Position numbers and translations under genes: made by a program
Shown here: positions 47,746 to 54,929 of the stretch, in pieces
Layout: each line of letters opens with the position of its first letter
Position numbering within the stretch: position 1 is the first letter of the stretch
The notes under the pieces: model-generated
Database searches by the model: none
What the model saw: only the letters and a program-made list of their open reading frames with translations
Told to the model about the DNA's origin: nothing
Virus record (IMG/VR): IMGVR_UViG_3300046383_000025
Coordinates: 1-54,929 of that record
DNA: 54,929 bases
DNA from: a virus
Lineage: Duplodnaviria > Caudoviricetes
Strand: one strand, 5' to 3'

Positions 47746-49665
47746 TTAGCCCTCGCGGTCAATGATGCGCTCGACGAGTCCGCTATCGCCGCGCTCGAGC
47801 GTGCGGATTGTCGTGCGAGGCTCGCGCTGTACCTCGACGTTCACTTGCGGCGCCGCGACCTCGATGCGTGGCTCCACCTTCGGCGGCTCGACGTTCACGG
47901 TTACGGCCGCCGGCGCGACGTTGATATTCGGCGGATGCACTTCGACGGTCGCCGGCGCGACGTTCACGACCGGAGCTGGCATCGCGCGAATCGCATCGGC
48001 GATATATGCGAGATCCGCGCGCCGATACCCAGGGCCCGCGGCCGGCGGGTCTCCCGCGGTCGCCTCGTCCGGATCTGCGCCGGTCGGTCGATCTTCGGGC
48101 GGCGCGTTCGGATCGTCAGGCGCGTTCGGATCGTTCGGGTCTGCGCCTGGTTTCGATGCGCCTTTCTTCGATGCGACGCGGCCGTCACTCGTGAACACGA
48201 GGCCTTTCGCATCCGCGCGCTCGTTGTCGGCGGCTTGCTCGTCCTCGATCTCCTCCGCATCCTCGCCGGCGCCGAGCGCAACCTTGGTCCGCGACGTGAG
48301 CCCGGCCGAGATTGCCTCGATGTCGGCCTTGACGTCCTGCACCGGATGGCTGTACGGCCAGCCCTGCGGAACCCACAGCGTCTCGACGTACTCCTCGCGG
48401 CGCGTCTCGTAGTCGGCGAGCTGCAGCACGCCGGCGACGTATGCGCTGTCGAAGAACGCCTCGCGGATCCGCTGGCAGAACATCGGGATGAAGTACTGCC
48501 ACTGCAGCATTTCGAGCAGCCGGCGAAACTCGTTCAAGATGAGCTTGAGCGCGCGATCGCTGACGCCGCGCAGATCTCCGGTCAAGACCTCGTACGGCAC
48601 GCCATAGCGCGCGGCGATCGCCATCAGGCCGCCGCGCATGAATTCGCCGTACTCGGTGCCCGGCGCCGGCGGTTGACTGAACACGGGCTCAACCCCCGGC
48701 GGGAGATCCTGCATCGTGCCCGGCTCGAGCCCGGCGAGCGGCGTGTCGTCGAAGTCGGTCTCTTGCTCGTCGCTGCTCGCGCTCCGCGTCATCTCGTCGA
48801 TCATCGAGTCCGGATTTTCCGGGTCGATCGTTTTCTTGTAGAAGCCCGCGAACAGGTTCGCGATCTTCTGCCGCTCGAGCACCGCGTCGTCGAGATTGTC
48901 GAGGTTGAACATGCGCACCATCGCCGACACATGGTCGGGAATGCCGCGCTGCTGACCGATGCGCCACGGCCGATACAGATGCACGACCTGGTCGGCCGGC
49001 ACGCGCACCAGCTCGCTCGCGTTCGCGATCGAGAAGAAGGCCGCATCGCCGGGATGCTCGCGATAGAACCAGTACGCGGTCCTTCGGCCAATGCCGTTGA
49101 ACTCGATGCCCGCGCGCACGACGTTGCCGTTGCTCGCGATCGTGTTCAGATCAGACGGGCATTGCTCGCTTTCGAGGAGCTGCACCTGCAGCGGGACCGG
49201 CAGCTCGTCGGTCGGCCGCCGCGGCCGCAGCCGCGCGAACATTTCGCCAGCCTCGCGCCACTCGAGCCAGGCGAGGCCTTGCTGGCCGTAGTAGTCGAGC
49301 ATGCCGTCGGCGTCGCAGACCTTGCACCAGGAATTCCACAGCTTTTTGACTGCGGCCTTCTCGGCGTCGGTGCCGTTGACCATCTTGGCGAGGATGCCCG
49401 TGCCGATGCCGTTGGAGAGCGAGCGGTCGAGCGCGGTGCCGGCCCACGGATCGTTGCGCGACTGCGAGCGCGATCGCGCGAGGATCGTTTGGCGATCGCG
49501 CGCGACGGCGCTGTTCGGGCCCGACAGCGGCGCGCGCCACATGCGCAGACGACGGCCGGTGCTCGCGGCGCGGTACTCGCGCTCCGGCGGGACGTTGAAG
49601 CCGTCGAGCGAATTCGCGCGACGTCGCGGTCTGTTGTCGTCGAGGAAAAACCAGTTGGTGCTCAC
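47746..49665 (-). CDS. Portal protein (lambda family) with a C-terminal extension
   Basis: R.R...RND.W...G.G...GE.F.R...PLQ.Q.LE...GIEF...GRR..Y...GQ.RG.P...GVPYE.LTGDL..V...W....P..DV.A. Confidence 0.93.
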   Translation of the reverse strand: MSTNWFFLDDNRPRRRANSLDGFNVPPEREYRAASTGRRLRMWRAPLSGPNSAVARDRQTILARSRSQSRNDPWAGTALDRSLSNGIGTGILAKMVNGTDAEKAAVKKLWNSWCKVCDADGMLDYYGQQGLAWLEWREAGEMFARLRPRRPTDELPVPLQVQLLESEQCPSDLNTIASNGNVVRAGIEFNGIGRRTAYWFYREHPGDAAFFSIANASELVRVPADQVVHLYRPWRIGQQRGIPDHVSAMVRMFNLDNLDDAVLERQKIANLFAGFYKKTIDPENPDSMIDEMTRSASSDEQETDFDDTPLAGLEPGTMQDLPPGVEPVFSQPPAPGTEYGEFMRGGLMAIAARYGVPYEVLTGDLRGVSDRALKLILNEFRRLLEMLQWQYFIPMFCQRIREAFFDSAYVAGVLQLADYETRREEYVETLWVPQGWPYSHPVQDVKADIEAISAGLTSRTKVALGAGEDAEEIEDEQAADNERADAKGLVFTSDGRVASKKGASKPGADPNDPNAPDDPNAPPEDRPTGADPDEATAGDPPAAGPGYRRADLAYIADAIRAMPAPVVNVAPATVEVHPPNINVAPAAVTVNVEPPKVEPRIEVAAPQVNVEVQREPRTTIRTLERGDSGLVERIIDREG

Positions 49666-49874
49666 AAGCCGCGCCCGCGCTGATACGCGCGGAACGTCCG
49701 CCGGCGACGCGTCCCCGCGGCGTGCTCGATCTCGTCGATCATTTCCTGCCGCAGCTTGCGCATCTGATCGAGCGACTGGTACGTGACCATGCGGCCATCG
49801 GTCTGCCGCACGCTGAGCACGCCAGAGGCAATCGCCTCGGTCAGCTCATCGACCTGAGTCTGCGTGTAAGCCAT
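49662..49874 (-). CDS. gpW-like head completion protein
   Basis: MAYTQ..D.L..AIA.G...V...DGR.V.Y.SL..M; between terL and portal. Confidence 0.88.
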   Translation of the reverse strand: MAYTQTQVDELTEAIASGVLSVRQTDGRMVTYQSLDQMRKLRQEMIDEIEHAAGTRRRRTFRAYQRGRGL

Positions 49875-49886
49875 CGCGCGCCCCTC

Positions 49887-51806
49887 TCATCGTTTGAGGT
49901 AGCTCGAGCGGCTAACGCGGAAGCGCGGGCGCTTTTTAGGCGGCGGCCGCTTCGGCGGCGGGTCGGGCGGCTGAATCGTATCTGATGTCGGCGCCTCTTG
50001 CGAAGTCCCCGCCGCCGGCGTCGGCAATTTCGGCTGCGCGCGCGCGGCGAGCGCGGCGGCGAGCTGGTCGATCGAGACACCGCGGCCGACGGTGCGACCG
50101 AGCATGACCGCATAGGCGTAGATCCACGTGTCTTGGCCCTCGGTCCGGATCCCGATGCGCTTCGGCCGCCACACCGCGACGCGCCGCCCCGCCGCCTTGT
50201 GATAGACCTTCGTCTCGCTCGTGAGCTGCTCGAGCCACTCCTCGTCGACGTCGGCCGGCAGATGGATGAAGCCCGCCTTCGGCTCGCCGGCCGACGGTGC
50301 GGAGATCCGCGCGAGGCGCCCGTATAGCAGATCCTTCGCCGCATCGACGCCGATCGAGTAGACATCGGCCTTCGAGAGTTTCGTCTTGCCCGGCTTGCGC
50401 GGCCAGATGAGCCGGCCCTGGCCGCCCTGACCTTTGAGCGCATACACATGCTCGAAGCGATACCGATGCGCGTAGTTATAGACCTGCGTCGCGAAGTGAC
50501 CGCCGGAGTCGATGCCGGTCGCCTGCACGCGCAGCAGCCGGCCGTCCTCGGTGTAGTACTGCCGGTGACGGATGCCAGTGAGCTCCTGCCACACGCCGCG
50601 ATCGGGCCCGACGCCGGGATCGCCGCGCAGCACGCCCGGCTTGACGACCCAATTCTCCTCGCCGGCGCCGTGCCCGACGAGCAGCCACTCGAGACGATCG
50701 TCCTGCGTATCGACGCCGATCGTGAGCATGATGACGCCGGCGGGAATCGACTCGATGCCATAGGTCTCGCGGCGCTTCGCGAGGCCTTCGGGCGCGATGT
50801 TGGCCGAATCCTCCCACGTCTCGCCCAAGCTCGTGTTGATCCAGACCTGGAAGGTCTCCGGCAGTTTCTTGGCGTCGAGGAAGCTCACGGCCATTTCGCC
50901 AAGCGTGACGAAGGGCGACATCAGCTCGTTGATGTGCAGGCCTGCGATGCCGGCGAACGGCTTGAGCGCGACGACGCGATATTCGCGCTGCAGGATGATC
51001 TGCCGCTCTGCCTCGTTCATGTACTCGCCGCAATGCACACACTGGTAGCACGCATCCTCGGCGGGCGCGCCGAGCTCGGTCCATTTCACTTGCGACCACA
51101 CGAGACGCTGGAACGTCGCGCAGTGATAGCACGCGAACTCGAAGTGTCGTTGGTCGCTCGAGTCGTAGCCGGTCTCGACTCGCGACTGGCCTTTGATCGT
51201 CGGCGTGGAGCCGGCGAGGATCTTGCGATTCCAGAATGTCGTCGTGCGCTTGCGGGCCAGCATGAACGGGTCTCCCTCGGCGCCGGCGGACGCCGGATAG
51301 CCGTCGATCTCATCGCAGAGCAAGATCCGAATCGGCCTCGCGCGAAGGCCCGAGGGAGAATTCGCGCCGGCGATCGTCAGATGCCCGCCGGCAAACTTCT
51401 TGTGCAGAAGCGTGTTGCCGCTGTCGCGACTCTTGGGATCGGCGATCTTCTCGGTGATCGCCGGCGTGTCGCGCACCATCGGCGCCACGCGATCCTTGCT
51501 GAAGGTCTCGGCGAGCTCGAGCGTCGGCTGCACACAGAGCAGCGGCGACGGATCGCAATCGACGTAGTAGCCGATCACGTTCAGCAGGATCTCGGTCCAA
51601 CCGACCTGCGCGGACTTGATGACCCAGATCTCGCGCACCAGCGGATCGTTGACGAGATCCATGATCTCGCGCTGCCACGGCACGCGCGACGTGCGCCAGC
51701 GCCCCGGCTCCGCGGACGACTCCGGACTAAGCCTGCGCTCTCTGTCGGCCCACTGACTGACCGTTAGGCGCGGAGGCGGCCGGAGTATCGCCGCCATTTC
51801 CGCCAT
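49887..51806 (-). CDS. terL: Terminase large subunit (lambda gpA family)
   Basis: PP.LTVSQWAD..R.L..ESSAEPGRW...KSAQVGWTE...DEID.Y...EGDP..LA..RT.TF...STPT...GVDTQDDRLE...IDSGG; start approximate. Confidence 0.97.
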   Translation of the reverse strand: MAEMAAILRPPPRLTVSQWADRERRLSPESSAEPGRWRTSRVPWQREIMDLVNDPLVREIWVIKSAQVGWTEILLNVIGYYVDCDPSPLLCVQPTLELAETFSKDRVAPMVRDTPAITEKIADPKSRDSGNTLLHKKFAGGHLTIAGANSPSGLRARPIRILLCDEIDGYPASAGAEGDPFMLARKRTTTFWNRKILAGSTPTIKGQSRVETGYDSSDQRHFEFACYHCATFQRLVWSQVKWTELGAPAEDACYQCVHCGEYMNEAERQIILQREYRVVALKPFAGIAGLHINELMSPFVTLGEMAVSFLDAKKLPETFQVWINTSLGETWEDSANIAPEGLAKRRETYGIESIPAGVIMLTIGVDTQDDRLEWLLVGHGAGEENWVVKPGVLRGDPGVGPDRGVWQELTGIRHRQYYTEDGRLLRVQATGIDSGGHFATQVYNYAHRYRFEHVYALKGQGGQGRLIWPRKPGKTKLSKADVYSIGVDAAKDLLYGRLARISAPSAGEPKAGFIHLPADVDEEWLEQLTSETKVYHKAAGRRVAVWRPKRIGIRTEGQDTWIYAYAVMLGRTVGRGVSIDQLAAALAARAQPKLPTPAAGTSQEAPTSDTIQPPDPPPKRPPPKKRPRFRVSRSSYLKR

Positions 51807-52485
51807 CGCGCGCCGCGCGTTCTGCCAGCTCAGCTCCGCCGTCAAAGTCTGCGAGCTCGGCGAGGGCCTCGTCATGCTCGCGGTCGATTGCATCACGTGC
51901 AAGGTTCGGTTCCTTCGGGTTGACGAGAGGCGCGAGCTTCGCCGCGGCGCCGCGCAGTCGAGCACGGAACGCCGTGATGGCGCGTCCGAAGATCTCTTGC
52001 ATGTGCGCAACATACACCAGCTCGCCGCGGCGCTCGGCCAGCTCAAGCTCTAGTCTATCTGCTCGAGCACGATGCTCGCGCGCTTGCTCGAAACGCGGAT
52101 CGACGCCGTCGCCGTTTTTCTTTTTGCCGTCGCGCTCATCGCGCGCGGCGAGCACGTCGGGCCAGTAGTAGAGGACCTCGCGGCCGCGCTTCTCTTTGCT
52201 CGACACATTCCACTTGACGAAGGCCTGCACGGAGATCCCGAGCAGCGCCGCGATCTCTTGCTGCGAGAAAAGCATGTCGGCGGCGCTGCGCGATCGCGCG
52301 CGAAGGTGTTTGCAGTACGCCTGCACCACGCCGACGAGCGCGTACTTGCCCGGGCCCTCGCGAGGGATCACGCCTTCGGCTGCGAGGTTCGCGATCTCCC
52401 GCTCGCTGATGTCGAGCAATGCCGCGATCGTCCGCGCGTTGAACAGCGGCGACGTCGGCGTGTCTCGATCGAAAAGGTCAGCCAT
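51727..52485 (-). CDS. terS: Terminase small subunit (Nu1-like) with two HTH units
   Basis: IAALLDISER...YAL..VV..Y and QQEIAALLGISVQAF; ..A.ADRLELELAE.RGELV. Confidence 0.88.
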   Translation of the reverse strand: MADLFDRDTPTSPLFNARTIAALLDISEREIANLAAEGVIPREGPGKYALVGVVQAYCKHLRARSRSAADMLFSQQEIAALLGISVQAFVKWNVSSKEKRGREVLYYWPDVLAARDERDGKKKNGDGVDPRFEQAREHRARADRLELELAERRGELVYVAHMQEIFGRAITAFRARLRGAAAKLAPLVNPKEPNLARDAIDREHDEALAELADFDGGAELAERAARDGGNGGDTPAASAPNGQSVGRQRAQA

Positions 52486-52524
52486 TCAGCGCACCACGAA
52501 ACAACAACCGCCTAAAAATCTCTG

Positions 52525-52590
52525 GCACTAGACGTCGAACGAGGTCCGCATAACCCTCGGACCGGGTCCCGTCCCCAGGGGCCCCCGGCG
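52525..52590 (-). other. Putative cos/packaging site region
   Basis: Intergenic gap immediately upstream of terS in a gpA-type phage; minus strand GGGCCCCTGGGG...CGAGGGTTATGCGGACCTCG...CTAG. Confidence 0.45.
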
Positions 52591-52610
52591 AAAGCCGCGC
52601 CGCGCTTGGC

Positions 52611-53360
52611 TTAGCGCGCACTGGCTAACGCCCTTCGCAAAGCATTGGGCCATGCGAGCACGAAACGTCTGCGCAGCTCATCGCGTGCGAGTTGAGGGAA
52701 ATCAAATCGCTTCTGATACGTGGGCAATGGAACGAACAAGAGCACTGGCTTGATGTTGCGCAGCCCTGGCCCATAGCGCTCATAGACACCACGGGGCAGG
52801 CCTTCTCCAGCTCGAGACACGAGGAAATATTTCCTGCGATTCTTTTTCGCGCTGCGACGCTTGGACGCATCGGTTTGATTGGCGCTGAAGCCCTCCTCCC
52901 CGAACGCACGTATCTGCGAGAGGATCTGCACGATGATGCGAGCAGGCACGTTGCCATAGCGATCGAGCTTGACCGCAGCAGGCACGTAGCCCTCGTTCGC
53001 CGTGAGAATGCGAGCACGCTGCAGCACACGCTCGCCACGCTTGGCCTTGCGTCTGCCCCCTGCTATCTGATGGGCAAGGTAGTCCGTTGGGGGAGTGCCC
53101 TTGGACGCATCGCCACTGAGAAAGACTTCGGCAGCGGGACTCAGCTTATTGCCCTTTCGATAGCCGACACCGCGCACCGTGAACGGCGTCGGCCGATCGA
53201 ATATCAAAGGGAGGGCAGCTCGCAGCGTGCCCATCGTCTCGAATGCGGCCGTATTGGCCGCGAGCGATCTCGCGAAAGGGAGCTGCAGGCGCTCAAGGCG
53301 GCTGAGCTTCTCCTCGAAGTTCTTGGTCTCGACGATCACATCAAACGTCGCCACGGCCAT
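52611..53360 (-). CDS. Neck / tail completion (gpZ-like) protein
   Basis: QLPFA.S.A.N..A...FDRPTPFT...YL..QI.GG.R..K..E...LD.YGN...LP.GVY.R...PVL.FV....Y..RFDF. Confidence 0.75.
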   Translation of the reverse strand: MAVATFDVIVETKNFEEKLSRLERLQLPFARSLAANTAAFETMGTLRAALPLIFDRPTPFTVRGVGYRKGNKLSPAAEVFLSGDASKGTPPTDYLAHQIAGGRRKAKRGERVLQRARILTANEGYVPAAVKLDRYGNVPARIIVQILSQIRAFGEEGFSANQTDASKRRSAKKNRRKYFLVSRAGEGLPRGVYERYGPGLRNIKPVLLFVPLPTYQKRFDFPQLARDELRRRFVLAWPNALRRALASAR

Positions 53361-53446
53361 TCCTCCCCCGGAAATCCCCGCGCCACTCCACGCCGCCGGG
53401 CCAATGGTGGCGCGGCTCCGGGCCTCGCGCCTCGGCTTTTCCCCGG

Positions 53447-53523
53447 AAATGCGACGTAGCGCACGAAAAAAGGCGGCAATTATGTCGCGAAGTCGTACAT
53501 GGCGGGCCGTTCACGACTACACT
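53447..53523 (+). promoter_or_regulatory. Degenerate CRP-family box (P5), possibly class I
   Basis: GGAAATGCGA-CGTAGC-GCACG centred 53457.5 with the same upstream ggcttt tract as P1/P4; candidate -10 TACACT at 53518 (about -72.5). Confidence 0.45.
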
Positions 53524-53571
53524 TGCTCCCGTCCTTAGCACTATTCGACACACACCACGGAGGTCTGTCAC

Positions 53572-54702
53572 ATGTCCCGATCTAAGTCTCTCCCCGCGAC
53601 CGCATCGCGCAAGGGCCGCAAGGCCAAGGCGCCGACGGTCCCGCCGGCGGCCTCGGCCCCGGTCGATCTCGATGCCAAGCGCGCGCAGCGCAAGGCACAG
53701 GACGCGGCCACGACGGCCGGCGTGCGCAAGGGCCGCAAGGGCCGACGCTCGTCGAACGTCCCCGCGCTCGAAGCCCCCAATGCCGAATCTGCGGCAGCTC
53801 TCGACGCGCAACGCAAGGCGAGCGAGGCCGAGCGCACGCTCGACGCGCTCGATCGGGCGATCATCTCGGGCGAAGCGGATAAGGCCGCGGCGCAAGTCGA
53901 GGTCGGCCCGGCCGAGCAGCTCGAGCTGCTCGCCTCGGATCTTCTCCCGTTCCTGGCGATCGCGCCGACGAAAGAGAAGCGGCACTACATGAACTCGATT
54001 TACGTCCACAAGATCGGCGACGAGCTGCGCCTTGTGGCGACCGACGGGCATCGCTTGCTCGTGCAGTCGATCGAGCACAAGACCGCGCTGCCTTGGGCCG
54101 AGAAGGGCCTGCTGTTGCCGACAGAGCGCCTCGCTCAGATCTACAAGTACTTGGGCAAGAGCGAGGAGCCGATCACGATCGCGTACGGCTCGCATTGGCC
54201 GAAGGGCACGGTGCAAGCCTTCGGCGCGGTGTTCGAGATCCAGCCGATCGACGCGACGTATCCCGACTACACGCGAATCCTCGCGGACGTCGGCAACGTA
54301 TTCGCCTCGGAGCGAGAACCGACGGAGACGTCGGCGATCAATCCGAAATATCTCAAGGCGGCGGGCGCGGTCGGCTCGATGTTCAAGGCCGAGGGCGTGT
54401 TCTGCTACACGGGCGAGACGGACAAAAGCCCGATGGCGTTCACGTTCACGAAGGCACCGGGCGTGATCCTGGTCGTGATGCCGGTCGCTTCCGATAAGGT
54501 CGGCGGCATCGAGAAGGGCGTCGCGCGCCTGATCGGCGAGAAGGGCATGGCTGGCACGCTCGCGGCGCTGCGCGCGCACGAGACACGCCAGCGCAAGGCC
54601 GGCAACGATGACGCGGCTAACAAGTTCGCCGCGCGCATCGCCGAGATCCTGGCCGGCGTCTCGCCGCAGCTCGAGCACAAGAAGGAGGAGGCCAAGGCGT
54701 AA
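53572..54702 (+). CDS. DNA polymerase III beta-clamp-like protein with a basic N-terminal extension
   Basis: R.YMN.IY......LVATDGHRL...ID..YPDY.RI...IN.KYL...VVMP. Confidence 0.82.
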   Translation: MSRSKSLPATASRKGRKAKAPTVPPAASAPVDLDAKRAQRKAQDAATTAGVRKGRKGRRSSNVPALEAPNAESAAALDAQRKASEAERTLDALDRAIISGEADKAAAQVEVGPAEQLELLASDLLPFLAIAPTKEKRHYMNSIYVHKIGDELRLVATDGHRLLVQSIEHKTALPWAEKGLLLPTERLAQIYKYLGKSEEPITIAYGSHWPKGTVQAFGAVFEIQPIDATYPDYTRILADVGNVFASEREPTETSAINPKYLKAAGAVGSMFKAEGVFCYTGETDKSPMAFTFTKAPGVILVVMPVASDKVGGIEKGVARLIGEKGMAGTLAALRAHETRQRKAGNDDAANKFAARIAEILAGVSPQLEHKKEEAKA

Positions 54703-54713
54703 GGATGCGCCGC

Positions 54714-54745
54714 GCGGCGGGCTCAGCAATGGGCCCGCCGCTTTT
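54714..54745 (+). terminator. Intrinsic terminator
   Basis: GCGGCGGGCTCA-GCAA-TGGGCCCGCCGC-TTTT: 12-bp stem, GNRA loop, short U tract. Confidence 0.7.
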
Positions 54746-54771
54746 CCTTCACTCACCGCAACGGAGATCCC

Positions 54772-54929
54772 ATGACACCGCCCAACAGAACCACCGGCAT
54801 CGAATGGACCGAGCACACCTGGAATCCATTCGTCGGCTGCACGATCCATACCGCCGGCTGCGCTAACTGCTACGCCATGCGACAGGCCGAGCGCATCGTC
54901 CGCCTCACGCCGGGCCGCTCTGTCTACGA
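54772..54929 (+). CDS. 5' part of the DUF5131 gene (continues at the window start)
   Basis: GGAG SD then ATG; [23 protein letters not shown]......GCANCYA. Confidence 0.9.
   Translation, partial: MTPPNRTTGIEWTEHTWNPFVGCTIHTAGCANCYAMRQAERIVRLTPGRSVY

Noticed and set aside
54803-54929. 127-bp terminal direct repeat as a biological genome end
   Set aside because: The length matches an assembler k-mer and it cuts through a gene; a gpA-type terminase implies ends near terS instead
1-54929. tRNA, rRNA, integrase or transposase genes
   Set aside because: None recognised by eye; a tRNAscan/HMM run would be needed to exclude them formally

Overview
The window is a complete, circularly assembled genome of a GC-rich (roughly 68-70% by eye) tailed dsDNA phage of about 54.8 kb. 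The first 127 nt are repeated exactly at 54803-54929. The late module (minus strand, ~23.1-53.4 kb) has a lambda-like head (Nu1/gpA terminase, gpW, portal, S49 protease, gpD, gpE), a siphovirus tail with a GTA-type tip (DUF2460, DUF2163, NlpC/P60, megatron) and a GH108 lysis cassette. The early region is transcribed divergently around a Cro/YdaS-like gene. I recognise no integrase, CI repressor, replication initiator, helicase or primase. The host is probably a gammaproteobacterium (inference from the CsrA, RadC and CRP/Vfr-like boxes). Most notable: (1) a layered regulon with four CRP/Vfr/Clp-like boxes at class II spacing in front of accessory operons, one of which ends in a stand-alone GGDEF diguanylate cyclase lacking an I-site; (2) eight ACGGA-loop hairpins overlapping Shine-Dalgarno sites, plus a phage-encoded tandem single-chain CsrA; (3) a ~550-nt highly base-paired non-coding region ending in paired DnaA-like boxes where replication genes normally sit; (4) a glycosyl/methyltransferase cassette directly behind the major capsid gene; (5) a probable head/portal fibre module with a 20-aa repeat protein. 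All family calls come from motif recognition by eye, not database searches.
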